A stretch of DNA of 64,000 nt from Nitrosopumilaceae archaeon (GTDB lineage Archaea > Thermoproteota > Nitrososphaeria > Nitrososphaerales > Nitrosopumilaceae). Position 1 is the stretch's first letter, and each line of letters begins with the position of its first letter. The stretch spans positions 960,001 through 1,024,000 of the forward strand of contig CBDCCK010000002.1 of the NCBI GenBank assembly GCA_965214835.1. The letters run 5' to 3'. This document shows positions 50,793 through 61,645 of this stretch, in pieces. The notes below the pieces were generated by a model. That model saw nothing but the letters and a program-made list of their open reading frames with translations, did no database searches and had not been told where the DNA came from. The translations under genes and the position numbers were made by a program.

Positions 50793-51987
50793 TATACTGA
50801 TGATCATTGAAAATTTCGCCTCCCTTACACGCTGCGCTCAAGATACTTGTAGATGCCAATCTTGATGGAGCACGTCCTAAAGTATTCCGAGACGGCCCTT
50901 TTGAGGTGATCTACCGTGTCATAAAAGGCCGACGTGACCGGCCCGTACTTGGCATCCTTCCAGACTGCCTCCATGGCGCTCAGCTCCGGCCTGGCTACCG
51001 GCAGGTACAGCAGGACAACGTCGGGATTTTTCTTCAGGTACCTGCGGACCTTGCTGGTCTTGTGCTGTATTGCGTTGTCCATCACCATCAGGATCCTTCC
51101 CCACTTTTTGCGTGCCTGTTCGAGATACTTTACAAAGTTTGCGCGTGTGTGGTCACGTCCCCTTGTTAGCTAGGCACGAAAATCACAATCATGCATCTAA
51201 TTCGTGCCTGACTGATGGGGGTAGGTGACCTCGTACGTTTGCGCTGTTGAATTTGTCGTACGTGCGCATCAGCCTGGTTCCGTCGTCTACAATCGTTCCG
51301 TATACCACGACGCGCTCCCTTCTGCCGGATCGTTGCACCTCGATCCTGTCCCCCACGGGCGACCAGAACCTCTTGCCGTCCCTTCCCGCACTGGCGAACA
51401 TCGACTCGTCCTGTACGGTTATCCTAAATCCGCGCCTTTTTGCAAGCTTGATTGCAGCTTTTGCCTCCCTTTGCCACCGTCTTACCGCCTTTGCGTCGGC
51501 AGCATCTGCCAGCCTAGTGGTTGACGTCTTTAGCGAGAATCCCATCGCGTGCAGGATTCTCCTGATGCTTCCCACGCTGTATGTGACGTGTAGCCTGCGG
51601 CGCACCCAGTTGCACAGCTTCTTCGGAGTGAGCTTTTCCATCCTGCGCAGCCTCGTGGCGATCTTTTTTATCCTGCCGACTGGAACCTTTGGTTTTTTGT
51701 CCCTGTTAGGAGTCACGGAGGCCGTCGATGCCGTCAAGCTCAAACCTCTCGATCCACATCTGTACGGTACGCTGTGTCACGTCGGCAATCTCTGCGGTCT
51801 GTGCAGTGGTGTTGCCAAGCAGCACGGAGCGCACCGCCAGGATTCTGGTGTGAATCTTGAGATCCTTTTCGACATGCATGGCATTCGTGAGGATTTTCGT
51901 CTTGTTCATGCCGGGAGTGACATAGTGGAGAGCTATAAACCTTACAAGATGTGTAATCAGGCGAAATTTTCAATGATCATCAGTATA
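50793..51987 (-). mobile_element. IS630 copy 2 (same type as 1856-2953), inactivated
   Basis: Same TIRs and CTAG target; frameshift near 51710 and MITE-A insertion. Confidence 0.9.
51145..51236. mobile_element. MITE family A
   Basis: 92 bp; TSD GTTTGCGC. Confidence 0.9.
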
Positions 51988-52492
51988 GCCCTCCCATCTA
52001 CAGGATAATATCGTCTTCCGGAGTAAGCAATCAAGGCAACAGGAGGGCATGGCTTCGCTCAGTGATCCAGCCCGACGTGGGGGGAGGCGTCCTTGCCCGG
52101 AACAGCATATACGGCTTTCAAAGACCGCAGAGCTCCCACCTGCAGAACAGCATCCTGTTTCCTGAGATCAAAAAGATTGCGCAGAGCTGGGGCTTTGACT
52201 TTAGTGGGACGGTGTTTGAATAGAACCAGACAAAATAACTGTCCTGTTTCAAGAATAACACAGCTTCCTATCTGCTGTAAAGTTGCTGTCTGATCCAGAC
52301 CTGCATGCAGCTTTCTTTTTCTACCGTCCTTGAATCTGAGTCAAAGCTAAACATGAGGCCGCTTTTAGTCTTCCCAGAAATGCCACACAAAACGGCTCCC
52401 AATCCGAAACGACTCAAATCAACTCGCCTGCAGATCCGCATGTCACCGTCTGCACCGCCATGAACCCGGTTACATCTGTGAAGACTGCCAAA

Positions 52493-52586
52493 GTACGAGG
52501 TCACCCACCTATACCAATCAGGCACGAATTGGCACGTATGACCGTGGTTTTCATGCCTGGCCAGCAGGGGGGCCGTGACCTCGTAC
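52493..52586. mobile_element. MITE family A (reverse orientation)
   Basis: Perfect TIR GTACGAGGTCAC/GTGACCTCGTAC. Confidence 0.85.
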
Positions 52587-52587
52587 C

Positions 52588-52716
52588 GGGGTTGTCGCCT
52601 AATTCCACTTATTTGACCCAATCTGCACGTTTTTCCGAATTTCCGCCCTTTTGCACGCCTGATCATATGGCATCTCAACGGTTTTCGGGGATTCTAGCGA
52701 ATTAGGCGACAACCCC
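52588..52716. mobile_element. MITE family B
   Basis: 9-bp TSD CCTCGTACC overlapping the MITE-A terminus. Confidence 0.9.
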
Positions 52717-52997
52717 CCTCGTACCATACAAAGCATCATTATATTTGCCGTATTGTGACATGCCTTTGAGCACGTAACACACACGGAAACCTAATGTCAT
52801 ACAAGGTACGTGTCAGACCCGCGGTCCACAACATGTATGGCTACAGCACAAAGACCGCATCAAAGCACCAACAAAACGTGCATATGCCACTGCAAGCCCT
52901 GTTTGCTCACGGGATCGGCACTACGTGGGATATGGCAAAGGCCCACCAGGCGCAAGAGAAGTGACTCATAGCCGGCAAGTCCTGACCTGCATGGAGG

Positions 52998-53912
52998 CTA
53001 GTCTGTCTGGTACACTAGGTGAAGGGTGGGGGATTTTTTTGCCGCCCCTATCGCGTTTTTTACCCACGTGTTCGGGAACACGATATTCTTTGGGATGAAG
53101 ATGTCCGTGGATTCGACCCCCGGAACATCCCTGATCTCCTGGGTGATCTCGTCCAGCTTGAAGATATTGTCGCTGTACAAGAAGAGAACGATCTGGTTCC
53201 TTGTCAGAAACGGAATCTGCATGTAGATTTCTCCAAACTTCCTGTCAAACTCCTTTTTGAGTTCCTTCACATCCCCCGAAATCCAGGTCAGCACCACGTA
53301 TGGGATGTAGTTTTCCAGCTTTGACGGATCATACATTGTCGTAAACTGGATGTTCTCGTTCCTAGACAGCTTGTCCAGCGATCTTGTCACCGTCTTGGTC
53401 GAGAACCCCGTCTCCCTTGCAACGTCCTCGATCTTCTTCCTTGGGTTCTTTAGCAGCTTGTCAACAACCTCTAGGTCCGTCCTTGTGAGGTTTGACCCTG
53501 CAATGTCCGTCTTTGCCTCAAAAATAGTCAGGATCCTGACATCCTTCATGACACTCTTTGCAAGCTCAATCTTATTCTTGACATCGTCTTTTACGACAAT
53601 GCCACAGACGGTTATTCCCCCGACACACGGGACGATAAAGAAGGGCTCTCCGATAAGCTTTATCTGCTCGATCTTCTCTTCAACCTCGCCTCCGGAAATA
53701 ACCGCATAGAAGATTCCGTATCCCAGTGCCGGAGGCTCGATCTTTACCGTATATCCCTTGATGACCTTTGCCCCCTCCAGCTTTTTTATCCTAGAGCTGA
53801 CCGCGCTTCCGGAGATTCCCACATCCCTGCCGATCTGCCTGTCTGATTCCCTGCAGTTGTTCATCAGGTGGCTGAGAATCTGCATGTCGATTTTGTCCAT
53901 TTTGTCAAGCAT
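52998..53912 (-). CDS. Lrp/AsnC-family regulator with two HTH modules
   Basis: MDKIDMQIL...IGISGSAVSSRIKKL and a second LTRTDLEVV...HTH. Confidence 0.88.
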   Translation of the reverse strand: MLDKMDKIDMQILSHLMNNCRESDRQIGRDVGISGSAVSSRIKKLEGAKVIKGYTVKIEPPALGYGIFYAVISGGEVEEKIEQIKLIGEPFFIVPCVGGITVCGIVVKDDVKNKIELAKSVMKDVRILTIFEAKTDIAGSNLTRTDLEVVDKLLKNPRKKIEDVARETGFSTKTVTRSLDKLSRNENIQFTTMYDPSKLENYIPYVVLTWISGDVKELKKEFDRKFGEIYMQIPFLTRNQIVLFLYSDNIFKLDEITQEIRDVPGVESTDIFIPKNIVFPNTWVKNAIGAAKKSPTLHLVYQTD

Positions 53913-54015
53913 TGACCTATTTTACTATTAATTACTTACTGAAATTTACTGAAATGTCTGGTTTGTTAGCACTAGGCACAATATACATTATATATAAGAC
54001 TATTTTGATTATACC

Positions 54016-55203
54016 ATGGATTACCGGGTCAATCTTGCCAAACGAATGCTGTCAAACAAGAAAGGTAGCCTTATGGGCGCGGTACTGGCCGTCTCGATCG
54101 GAATTCTGGTGATTCATGTCAACTTTGTAATATTCCAGGGGCTCTTTGATGCATTCATTCGGGACATGTCCGACTATAGATTCGGGGACATTTACGTGAC
54201 CGACGAGGAGGACTATATCGAAAAATCCGACGTGACCCTAGTCAACTGGTTTGAAAGGATTCCCTATGTGGAGGCCGCCACGCCGCGGCTGTCGTCCTCG
54301 GCTGCAGTCAACGCCACGTCGTTTGGAGAAAGAATCGAGGAGTTCCGAATCCAGGTTGTGGGGGTGGATCCGCTGACCGACACGCGGGCATCCACCATAT
54401 ACCAGACGGTCGTTGATGGCGACTATGTCATGTCGAGGAACTCGATGGTCGTCGGCTCCATCGTAGCCAGGGATCTGGGGGGCGTCCGGGTCGGGGACAG
54501 CCTGCAGATCAAGATCGTAGACAGGTGGGGGGAGGATCAAGTCAAGCGGTTCCTGGTCTCCGGAATCGCAGACTCCCCCGGGGGGCAGGGACTTGATACG
54601 AGCATAATCATTCACATCGATACCTTGCGTGACATGCTGGACAGGACCGGTGAATCCCAGTCAATCCTGGTCAAGCTCAACGATCCGACCAAGGCAGCCG
54701 AGGTCAGGGATCTGTTCATAGAGTCCTTTCCTGCCGACGACTTTAGGGCCGAGACGATAGAAGAGTCTGCAGAAGAGTCACTGCGTGGGTTTCGTTCCGG
54801 CATTGCCATGATTAACATGATTGGAATGATCGGCATGATGTCATCGGCGTTTGCCATAGTCACCATCCAGATGATGCTTGTTACCAGCAAGACCAGGGAG
54901 ATTGGCGTCATGCGCGCGATCGGTGCAAAGCGCAGGGACGTTCTTATTTTATTCATCGTACAGGGAATGATCATAGGGGCAATCGGCGCCGGCGTGGGCA
55001 CGGCCATAGGCTTGGGATACACCACCTATGCCAAGGAGACCAACATGTCCTTTGATGGCAGCATCGAGCTGGAGGTATCGTATGACTGGGAAAAAATCAT
55101 CCAGACGGCACTGACTGCGTTTGCTCTGGCCGTTGTCGCCTCGATATATCCTGCCTATCGCGCCACCAAACTTCAGCCCGTGGAGGCGATGAGATCTGTC
55201 TAG
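54016..55203 (+). CDS. ABC transporter permease (LolE/MacB/FtsX type)
   Basis: KTREIGVMRAIGA and PAYRATKLQPVEAMR motifs. Confidence 0.92.
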   Translation: MDYRVNLAKRMLSNKKGSLMGAVLAVSIGILVIHVNFVIFQGLFDAFIRDMSDYRFGDIYVTDEEDYIEKSDVTLVNWFERIPYVEAATPRLSSSAAVNATSFGERIEEFRIQVVGVDPLTDTRASTIYQTVVDGDYVMSRNSMVVGSIVARDLGGVRVGDSLQIKIVDRWGEDQVKRFLVSGIADSPGGQGLDTSIIIHIDTLRDMLDRTGESQSILVKLNDPTKAAEVRDLFIESFPADDFRAETIEESAEESLRGFRSGIAMINMIGMIGMMSSAFAIVTIQMMLVTSKTREIGVMRAIGAKRRDVLILFIVQGMIIGAIGAGVGTAIGLGYTTYAKETNMSFDGSIELEVSYDWEKIIQTALTAFALAVVASIYPAYRATKLQPVEAMRSV

Positions 55204-55204
55204 G

Positions 55205-55903
55205 GTGCTTGAGACCAGGGGCCTTGGCAAAGTCTACGGAGAGGGCGACACCGAGGTCCGCGCACTGCAGGATGTCTCCTTCTCGGTGGAAAAGGGGGAG
55301 ATCCTGCTTGTCGTGGGAAGCTCCGGCTCTGGAAAGTCCACCCTGCTGAATATGATAGGGCTGCTTGACAGGCCCACGTCCGGCCAGGTCCTCATCGATG
55401 GCAAGGAGGCCACTATGCTGACCGATGACGGGGTTTCGGCCTTTAGAAACTCAAAGCTGGGGTTTATCTTCCAGTTTTCAAACCTGCTCCCGGATCTGAC
55501 CGTGCTGGAAAACGTGATGCTGCCACGTGAAATCCAAAGCAGCAACGGCGGCTCCATGAAGGATGCAAAGGAGCTTCTCAGGGCCGTGGGACTGGAAGAC
55601 CAGATGCACAAGCGCGCCAATCAAATCTCCGGAGGCCAGGCGCAAAGGGCTGCCATAGCACGCGGGCTTGTCAACAAGCCGTCCGTCGTTTTGGCAGATG
55701 AGCCGACTGGAAACCTCGACTCTGTTACTGCTAAGACGATTGTCGATCTCATGAAGTCAATGGCAAAAAAACTAGGCCAGACGTTCATTATTGTCACGCA
55801 CGACAGGCACCAGTTTGGGGACGTCGACAGGGTAATCACGATAAAGGACGGCCGCTCATTTGAGGGCGGGGAGCCGACGGTCATGGAGGCACCTGTAAAA
55901 TGA
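55205..55903 (+). CDS. ABC ATP-binding protein (LolD type)
   Basis: GSSGSGKS, ISGGQ and LADEPTGNLD motifs. Confidence 0.95.
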   Translation: MLETRGLGKVYGEGDTEVRALQDVSFSVEKGEILLVVGSSGSGKSTLLNMIGLLDRPTSGQVLIDGKEATMLTDDGVSAFRNSKLGFIFQFSNLLPDLTVLENVMLPREIQSSNGGSMKDAKELLRAVGLEDQMHKRANQISGGQAQRAAIARGLVNKPSVVLADEPTGNLDSVTAKTIVDLMKSMAKKLGQTFIIVTHDRHQFGDVDRVITIKDGRSFEGGEPTVMEAPVK

Positions 55904-57189
55904 ACGGGGCAGTCATTTCATTTCTGGTGCTTGCGATGATGAGTCCGGCACTGGCCGACGCATATGGGCAGCTGGTCCAGGGATTCGGAGACTCCCCGTT
56001 TGAGCATGATTTCAGCGATGTAAAGTTCCTTGACGCATACTTTGGCCTAGAGGATGAGAAGTTCGAGGTGGGCGCAGGCGACAAAAACGTCCCGCTTACG
56101 GTAATTCTGGCCAATGTGGGATCGCAGGACATTATCGGAATACGCGGCCAGCTGGCACTAAACAACCACTTCTCCCCTGCCGATGGCCCCGGGGCGCTGG
56201 TTCTTGCCGATGCCGATTCGAACTCCCTGGCCGGGGATAATTTTGCCCTGACATTTTTTGTCAATGTTGATGATGGCGCGCCGCTGCAGCAATACCCCGG
56301 AACCGTCAAGGTGGACTATTCCCGACTGCGCGAATCCGGAGTCAGGACAGCATATTTTGACTTTGATTTCAAACTTACCGGGGACAGCATAATCAACATG
56401 CGCGCCGTAGATCCGTTTCTGACATCCCTGCAGGAGAACAGGGTCGTAATTGAAATCTCAAATGATGGCACCGCACCCGTCTCCGATGTGGAGCTGGAAC
56501 TGCAAAACACACAGACTGCAATCTCCTCGACCTCCACCTCCGTCACAAACGTGGAAAACGTAGTCATTCTGGACAGCAACTGGGAGGTTGGGTATATCGG
56601 CCCCGGAGAGTCGAAATTTCTGGAGTTCCTCGTCTATGTTCCCGAATCCCTCAAGGGCGAATCGCTGAGGACCCCGATGTCTGTCTCCTACTTTAACGCC
56701 CATGGCGACGTTCACACTCTTGATCGAGTGGTGGATTTTTTTGTACAGGGATTAATTGATCTTACTGTTTATGACGTGCAGGGAAGGATTGTCGGCGACA
56801 GGCAGCTGATCACGGGGGAGGTCATCAACGAGGGAAACGAGGACGCAATGTTTGCATTCGTCACACTGAGCCCGCTAGGCGGCTCTAATCTTAAGGAAAC
56901 TAGGCAGTTTCTAGACGAGATTGAAATCGACTCCCCGGTACCATTCAACATCCCAGTAGCGTTTGATGGCGATCCCCGCTACGGTGAGCATGACGTAAAG
57001 ATCACGGTTCGCTACAAGGACAATCTGCGCGCTGAGCGGTTTGAGATCCATGAGGCGGCCATCCTAGTCGAGGATCCCAATATCGGCGCAGAGGAACCCG
57101 ACAATACGGCGCTAGTAGTAATCCCGATAGCGGCGGGAATAGGAATGCTGCTTTACATGCGCAAAAGAAGATCTAGGCCTGCCAGCTAG
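55900..57189 (+). CDS. COG1361-like S-layer/Ig-repeat protein
   Basis: Signal peptide, repeated N.G motifs, C-terminal TM helix with basic tail; in the ABC operon. Confidence 0.8.
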   Translation: MNGAVISFLVLAMMSPALADAYGQLVQGFGDSPFEHDFSDVKFLDAYFGLEDEKFEVGAGDKNVPLTVILANVGSQDIIGIRGQLALNNHFSPADGPGALVLADADSNSLAGDNFALTFFVNVDDGAPLQQYPGTVKVDYSRLRESGVRTAYFDFDFKLTGDSIINMRAVDPFLTSLQENRVVIEISNDGTAPVSDVELELQNTQTAISSTSTSVTNVENVVILDSNWEVGYIGPGESKFLEFLVYVPESLKGESLRTPMSVSYFNAHGDVHTLDRVVDFFVQGLIDLTVYDVQGRIVGDRQLITGEVINEGNEDAMFAFVTLSPLGGSNLKETRQFLDEIEIDSPVPFNIPVAFDGDPRYGEHDVKITVRYKDNLRAERFEIHEAAILVEDPNIGAEEPDNTALVVIPIAAGIGMLLYMRKRRSRPAS

Positions 57190-57192
57190 GAC

Positions 57193-58314
57193 TCACTGCT
57201 CCAGCGCGTCTAGGATGTCATGAAGATTGTTAGGTCCCAGCCGCACGGAGATGACCCGCCTTGTTTTGAGCGCGATCCTTGCATTATCCCCAAAGCGCGT
57301 CTCGGAGATGTCTGCAAACTTGGAACCCCTTTGAGGCTTTATCCTGCCAAAAAACTTCTCTAGGACATATGTTTTTGCCATGCCTCTTATGTCGTTCTCC
57401 CTTCCCTCCAGCGGAATGTGGCAGCAAAGCCCCGACTTTATGACGTATTCGCACATGGAATCCGCAAACCCCACGGGAAAAATCTGATTCGTTACCGGCA
57501 GTGAGATCCTAGACACCCTGTTATTTGCTGCAACGATGATGCACAGGTGAACCATTGAGCTCTGCCAGTCAAGCTGATTTGAGACCCTGGATCCCGGCCC
57601 AAAATTGTAGAATTCCAGCTCGACATCCTCCTGTGCTGTAAATCGTATGACCCTGTTGAGAAGCTTTGCAATCTTGACCAGCTCCGACCTCTTTTTGTAC
57701 GGTACGATGATCTTTACGTCATATCCCTGCCTTATTGCCTCGATGCACGAGACGGCTGACACCTCGTCATATATCGGACAAAGCGTTTGCCGCTGCAGGG
57801 AAAAGTTTACAGCCCCCCCGTGGCCGTCGTCTAGGAATATGCAGACATATGCCGACTTTTTTGTGATGTAGGTGTACAGCAGCTTGTCATACCTGTTCTC
57901 CGTACCCGGGGCCGCACCCTGCTCTGACTTTTTTTCGATGATTGACGAGGTGATGGCAATTTCGGCGTCCTTTGGTACAAATCCACTCGCACTTCCCTCA
58001 ACCTTGACGAGAAATCTCTCCCCCCTTAGAAGCAGGCTCCCCCCCAGCCTTGTAACCTCTGCCACAATTGACCTTAAATCCGGATCCGCCCTTCTTGCAA
58101 TGGCGATTCTTGATATGCCAAACAGCTGGTTTATTGCAGAGGACGCAAGGACTGGATCATTTGCCCCTACGATGACTATGTCACCGTCCCTTCTTACGAA
58201 CTCGAACTTTTGACCCGCCGTCTTTAGGATTTTTTTTATGTTGGAGATCAGCTGCGGCATCTTTGGCTTTGAAAATTCCGAGGGAAAAACCACGACAAAG
58301 GCATCGTCCTGCAT
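57193..58314 (-). CDS. THUMP-domain ThiI-like protein lacking a PP-loop
   Basis: ThiI-like N-terminal/THUMP region; YDEVS in place of SGGxDS. Confidence 0.65.
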   Translation of the reverse strand: MQDDAFVVVFPSEFSKPKMPQLISNIKKILKTAGQKFEFVRRDGDIVIVGANDPVLASSAINQLFGISRIAIARRADPDLRSIVAEVTRLGGSLLLRGERFLVKVEGSASGFVPKDAEIAITSSIIEKKSEQGAAPGTENRYDKLLYTYITKKSAYVCIFLDDGHGGAVNFSLQRQTLCPIYDEVSAVSCIEAIRQGYDVKIIVPYKKRSELVKIAKLLNRVIRFTAQEDVELEFYNFGPGSRVSNQLDWQSSMVHLCIIVAANNRVSRISLPVTNQIFPVGFADSMCEYVIKSGLCCHIPLEGRENDIRGMAKTYVLEKFFGRIKPQRGSKFADISETRFGDNARIALKTRRVISVRLGPNNLHDILDALEQ

Positions 58315-58393
58315 GGTATCCCTAATGCGTGCCGGTTTATAATTTAGAATGCAAGTGGGCAATCATTATAAAACGAGCTGACCTGCTTTAACT

Positions 58394-59119
58394 GTGGCAA
58401 GATTCACCCAGGCAGAGATAGACGAGGCCAATTCCGCGCTGAACACCGCAGAAGACGCGCTGCAGTGGGCATCTGAGAACCTGCATCCAAGGGTTGCAAA
58501 GGCAGCAAGCTTTGGCGCAGAGGATGCAGTAATAATGGACATGATGGTAAGGATCAACCCCGACTTTAGGTTCTTTACCCTGGATACCGGAAGGCTGCCC
58601 CAGGAAACCTATGACATAATGGATACTGTCAGGAAAAAATACAACATACGGGTCGAGGTTCTGTTTCCGGACGCAAGGGAGGTCGAGGAGATGGTCAACT
58701 CCAAGGGAATAAATCTTTTCTATGACAGCGTGGAGAACAGAAGGCTGTGCTGTGAAATCAGAAAAGTCCACCCCATAAACAGGATTCTCAGGGAACTGGA
58801 CGGATGGATTAGCGGCCTGCGAAAGGATCAGACCGAGATTAGAAGCAATACAAGGATGCTGGAGATTGACGAGGGACATGGCGGAATCATCAAGGTCAAT
58901 CCTATAATTGACTGGACATGGGATGACGTATGGAGATACATCAGGAAAAACGATCTGTCATACCACTCCCTACTAGATAGGGGATATACCAGCATCGGAT
59001 GCGAGCCGTGTACCCGTGCCATCAGGCCCGGCGAGGATCTAAGGGCGGGAAGATGGTACTGGGAGCAGGGCGATCACAAGGAGTGCGGCCTTCATATAGA
59101 CCACAAAAAGGGGGTATAG
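58394..59119 (+). CDS. cysH: APS/PAPS reductase
   Basis: [19 protein letters not shown] and ECGLH motifs. Confidence 0.93.
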   Translation: MARFTQAEIDEANSALNTAEDALQWASENLHPRVAKAASFGAEDAVIMDMMVRINPDFRFFTLDTGRLPQETYDIMDTVRKKYNIRVEVLFPDAREVEEMVNSKGINLFYDSVENRRLCCEIRKVHPINRILRELDGWISGLRKDQTEIRSNTRMLEIDEGHGGIIKVNPIIDWTWDDVWRYIRKNDLSYHSLLDRGYTSIGCEPCTRAIRPGEDLRAGRWYWEQGDHKECGLHIDHKKGV

Positions 59120-59120
59120 C

Positions 59121-60263
59121 ATGTCAGAAACTCCGGGAATATCCCCGCACGGGGGCATGCTGGTCAACAGAACCTCAAGCCAGGATCCCTCTGGACTGGA
59201 ACCGATTACAATATCCCATGATCTGGCAAACGATGTTGAAAACATTGCAGACGGCATCTTCAGCCCGTTGGAGGGGTTTCTCACCAAATCCGATTTTGAC
59301 AGCGTAGTATCTAGGGGACGCCTGTCCGGTGATCTTGCCTGGACCATTCCCATCGTCCTGGATGTCGATGAAGAGACCTCCAAAAAAGCCAGGGATGCCG
59401 GGGACGTGCTGCTGCAGAATCCTGACGGGACGGGCGTGGCGGTCCTGCACGTGGAGGACGTCTTTACCTGGGACAAGGCAGCAGTATCCCGGGGCGTGTA
59501 TGGAACCACCGACGGCCAGCATCCCGGGGTTGCAAAAACCAACTCGATGAAGGACTATCTCGTCGGGGGAAAGATCGACTATATCCAGAGGCCAGGGGAG
59601 ACCGAGATCAGGAAATACCGGATGACGCCTGAACAAACGAGGAGGGCATTTGCAGACGCCGGATGGAAGACAATCTGCGCGTTTCAGACCAGAAACCCGC
59701 CCCACGTCGCGCATGAAATGCTGCAAAAGACCTCGATCACGACGCGTGATGGCGTCTTTGTCAATCCGCTGATTGGAAGGAAGAAACCGGGCGACTTTGC
59801 AGACGAGGTAATCGTAAAGGCATACGAGACAATGATCCGGAACTATTATCCTGAAAACCGGTGCCGGCTGGCCACACTGCATACCGAAATGAGGTATGCC
59901 GGCCCCAGGGAGGCAATCCATCACGCAGTAATGAGGCAGAACTACGGCTGTACCCACATCATAATCGGGCGCGATCATGCCGGCGTCGGAGACTATTATG
60001 ATCCGTTTGCCGCGCACAAGATCTTTGATGACTATCCGGATCTGGAGATATCTCCGGTATTCTTCCCGGCGTTTTTCTACTGCAGGAGGTGCCTGACGTT
60101 TACCAATCCAAAGGCGTGTCCGCACGACAGCGGTGCGCGCGAGCAGATCAGCGGGACAAGGCTTCGCGAGATGATACAGAGGGGGGAGGCGCCCTCGGAG
60201 TTTATCCTGAGACCCGAGGTGGCCAAGGTCATCATCGACTCCCCCAGGCCGTTTGTAGACTAG
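59121..60263 (+). CDS. sat: Sulfate adenylyltransferase
   Basis: [16 protein letters not shown] and ISGTRLR motifs. Confidence 0.95.
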   Translation: MSETPGISPHGGMLVNRTSSQDPSGLEPITISHDLANDVENIADGIFSPLEGFLTKSDFDSVVSRGRLSGDLAWTIPIVLDVDEETSKKARDAGDVLLQNPDGTGVAVLHVEDVFTWDKAAVSRGVYGTTDGQHPGVAKTNSMKDYLVGGKIDYIQRPGETEIRKYRMTPEQTRRAFADAGWKTICAFQTRNPPHVAHEMLQKTSITTRDGVFVNPLIGRKKPGDFADEVIVKAYETMIRNYYPENRCRLATLHTEMRYAGPREAIHHAVMRQNYGCTHIIIGRDHAGVGDYYDPFAAHKIFDDYPDLEISPVFFPAFFYCRRCLTFTNPKACPHDSGAREQISGTRLREMIQRGEAPSEFILRPEVAKVIIDSPRPFVD

Positions 60264-60294
60264 GTATTTATCCACGCATCAGAGACGAATCAGT

Positions 60295-60963
60295 GTGTAT
60301 TATGCAGCAATCTTTGTCCTGGCCTGCCTTGTCTTTGTGCCCGCATTTGCCCAGTCCCAGATCAATCCGTCACTGAGCATAGAATCAGTCTACATAGAGC
60401 CCGGGGAGTTCAACAAGATTGCCAGGGAGGCTGCCACAGTTCCCCTGGAGCAGACCCACTCGACAAGCTGGCAGGTAACGCTGGATAACAACCTGATCTA
60501 TGCCAACCCAGAGGGAAGTGCAGTCATGAGGATATACGACGCAAACAGGGAGGAGACCTTCATCGAGGTGGGGATGGGCAGCCCGCCTGACTATACCTTC
60601 TGGGTCGGGGTGCAGCTGCCCGAGGAGGGATACGTCCCGATTCACAACAAGCTTACGCGCGGATGGGGCGAGTTATCCAAGACTATCGTATCCTATACCG
60701 ACAGGGCGGGACTGACCGTAAACAACGGCGCAAGAATAGTAGTTACAAACCTGGACATCGGGGTGTTTGCAGTAGACAGCTATTCCGTGCATGGAAAGGC
60801 AGGCTCCACTGATCCTCCCGCGGTCAACTCCGGCGACTATCACGCCGAGTTCCTGTCCGGCGACCCCTCCGCAAACATCTTCAGCCTGTACCCGTTTATC
60901 CTGGCCGCGGCCATCGGGACGCTGGTAGGCGTGCTGTACCTGACTAAGAAGCGCTCCTCTTGA
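60295..60963 (+). CDS. Secreted, membrane-anchored hypothetical protein
   Basis: Signal peptide; C-terminal TM helix followed by KKR. Confidence 0.78.
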   Translation: MYYAAIFVLACLVFVPAFAQSQINPSLSIESVYIEPGEFNKIAREAATVPLEQTHSTSWQVTLDNNLIYANPEGSAVMRIYDANREETFIEVGMGSPPDYTFWVGVQLPEEGYVPIHNKLTRGWGELSKTIVSYTDRAGLTVNNGARIVVTNLDIGVFAVDSYSVHGKAGSTDPPAVNSGDYHAEFLSGDPSANIFSLYPFILAAAIGTLVGVLYLTKKRSS

Positions 60964-61594
60964 AGTAGTCGCAGCTTTTCTTGATCCTGCAGACGCCACA
61001 CATCGGGGAGACCGGCTTGCAGATGTTCTGGCCGTACATCACAAACGTATCGTTGATATCCAGCCAGAACTTTCTCGGTATCTTTTTCATCAGATCCCGC
61101 TCTGTCTCCTCCGGCGTCTTTGTATCAACCAGTCCCAGCCGGTTTGAGATCCTGTGCACGTGGATATCCACCGGAATTGCCGGCTTTTCAAACGCATATA
61201 CCAGCACGCAGTTTGCAGTCTTTCTTCCCACGCCTGGCAGCTCCACCAGGCTGTCCAGGTTTTGGGGAACCCTTCCCCCGTATCGCGTGGTGATCACCCT
61301 TGCAACCTCGATTATGCGCCTGGACTTGACGTGGTAGAACCCTATTGACTTGATGATTTTTTCAACGTCCCTTACCCTGGCCCCGGCCAGATCCGCCGCG
61401 GTAGGGTACGTCTTGAACAGCTCCCTGACCACCCTGGCCGTATTCTCGTCCCTTGTACGCGCCGATAGTATAGTCCCGATCAGAATGCTGAACGGCCCGC
61501 CCGTCTCGGCCTCGTGAAGCTCCCTCAGTGCAGTCATTCTCGGCGGCTTTACGGAGTTCATGGTCTTGATCATCCCGTCAAGAATGCGCTTCAT
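60944..61594 (-). CDS. nth: Endonuclease III
   Basis: LPGVGRKTAN, VDIH and C-x6-C-x2-C-x5-C cluster motif. Confidence 0.95.
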   Translation of the reverse strand: MKRILDGMIKTMNSVKPPRMTALRELHEAETGGPFSILIGTILSARTRDENTARVVRELFKTYPTAADLAGARVRDVEKIIKSIGFYHVKSRRIIEVARVITTRYGGRVPQNLDSLVELPGVGRKTANCVLVYAFEKPAIPVDIHVHRISNRLGLVDTKTPEETERDLMKKIPRKFWLDINDTFVMYGQNICKPVSPMCGVCRIKKSCDYFKRSAS

Positions 61595-61645
61595 GCTTCA
61601 AAAATCAACCATACAAGTATTATATCTGTCACTGTGACCTGATGC

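Noticed and set aside
59175-60275. 366-aa minus-strand ORF (and similar long antisense ORFs at 22580-23425, 30357-31100 and 3017-3736)
   Set aside because: These are shadow ORFs opposite clearly identified genes and carry no motifs.
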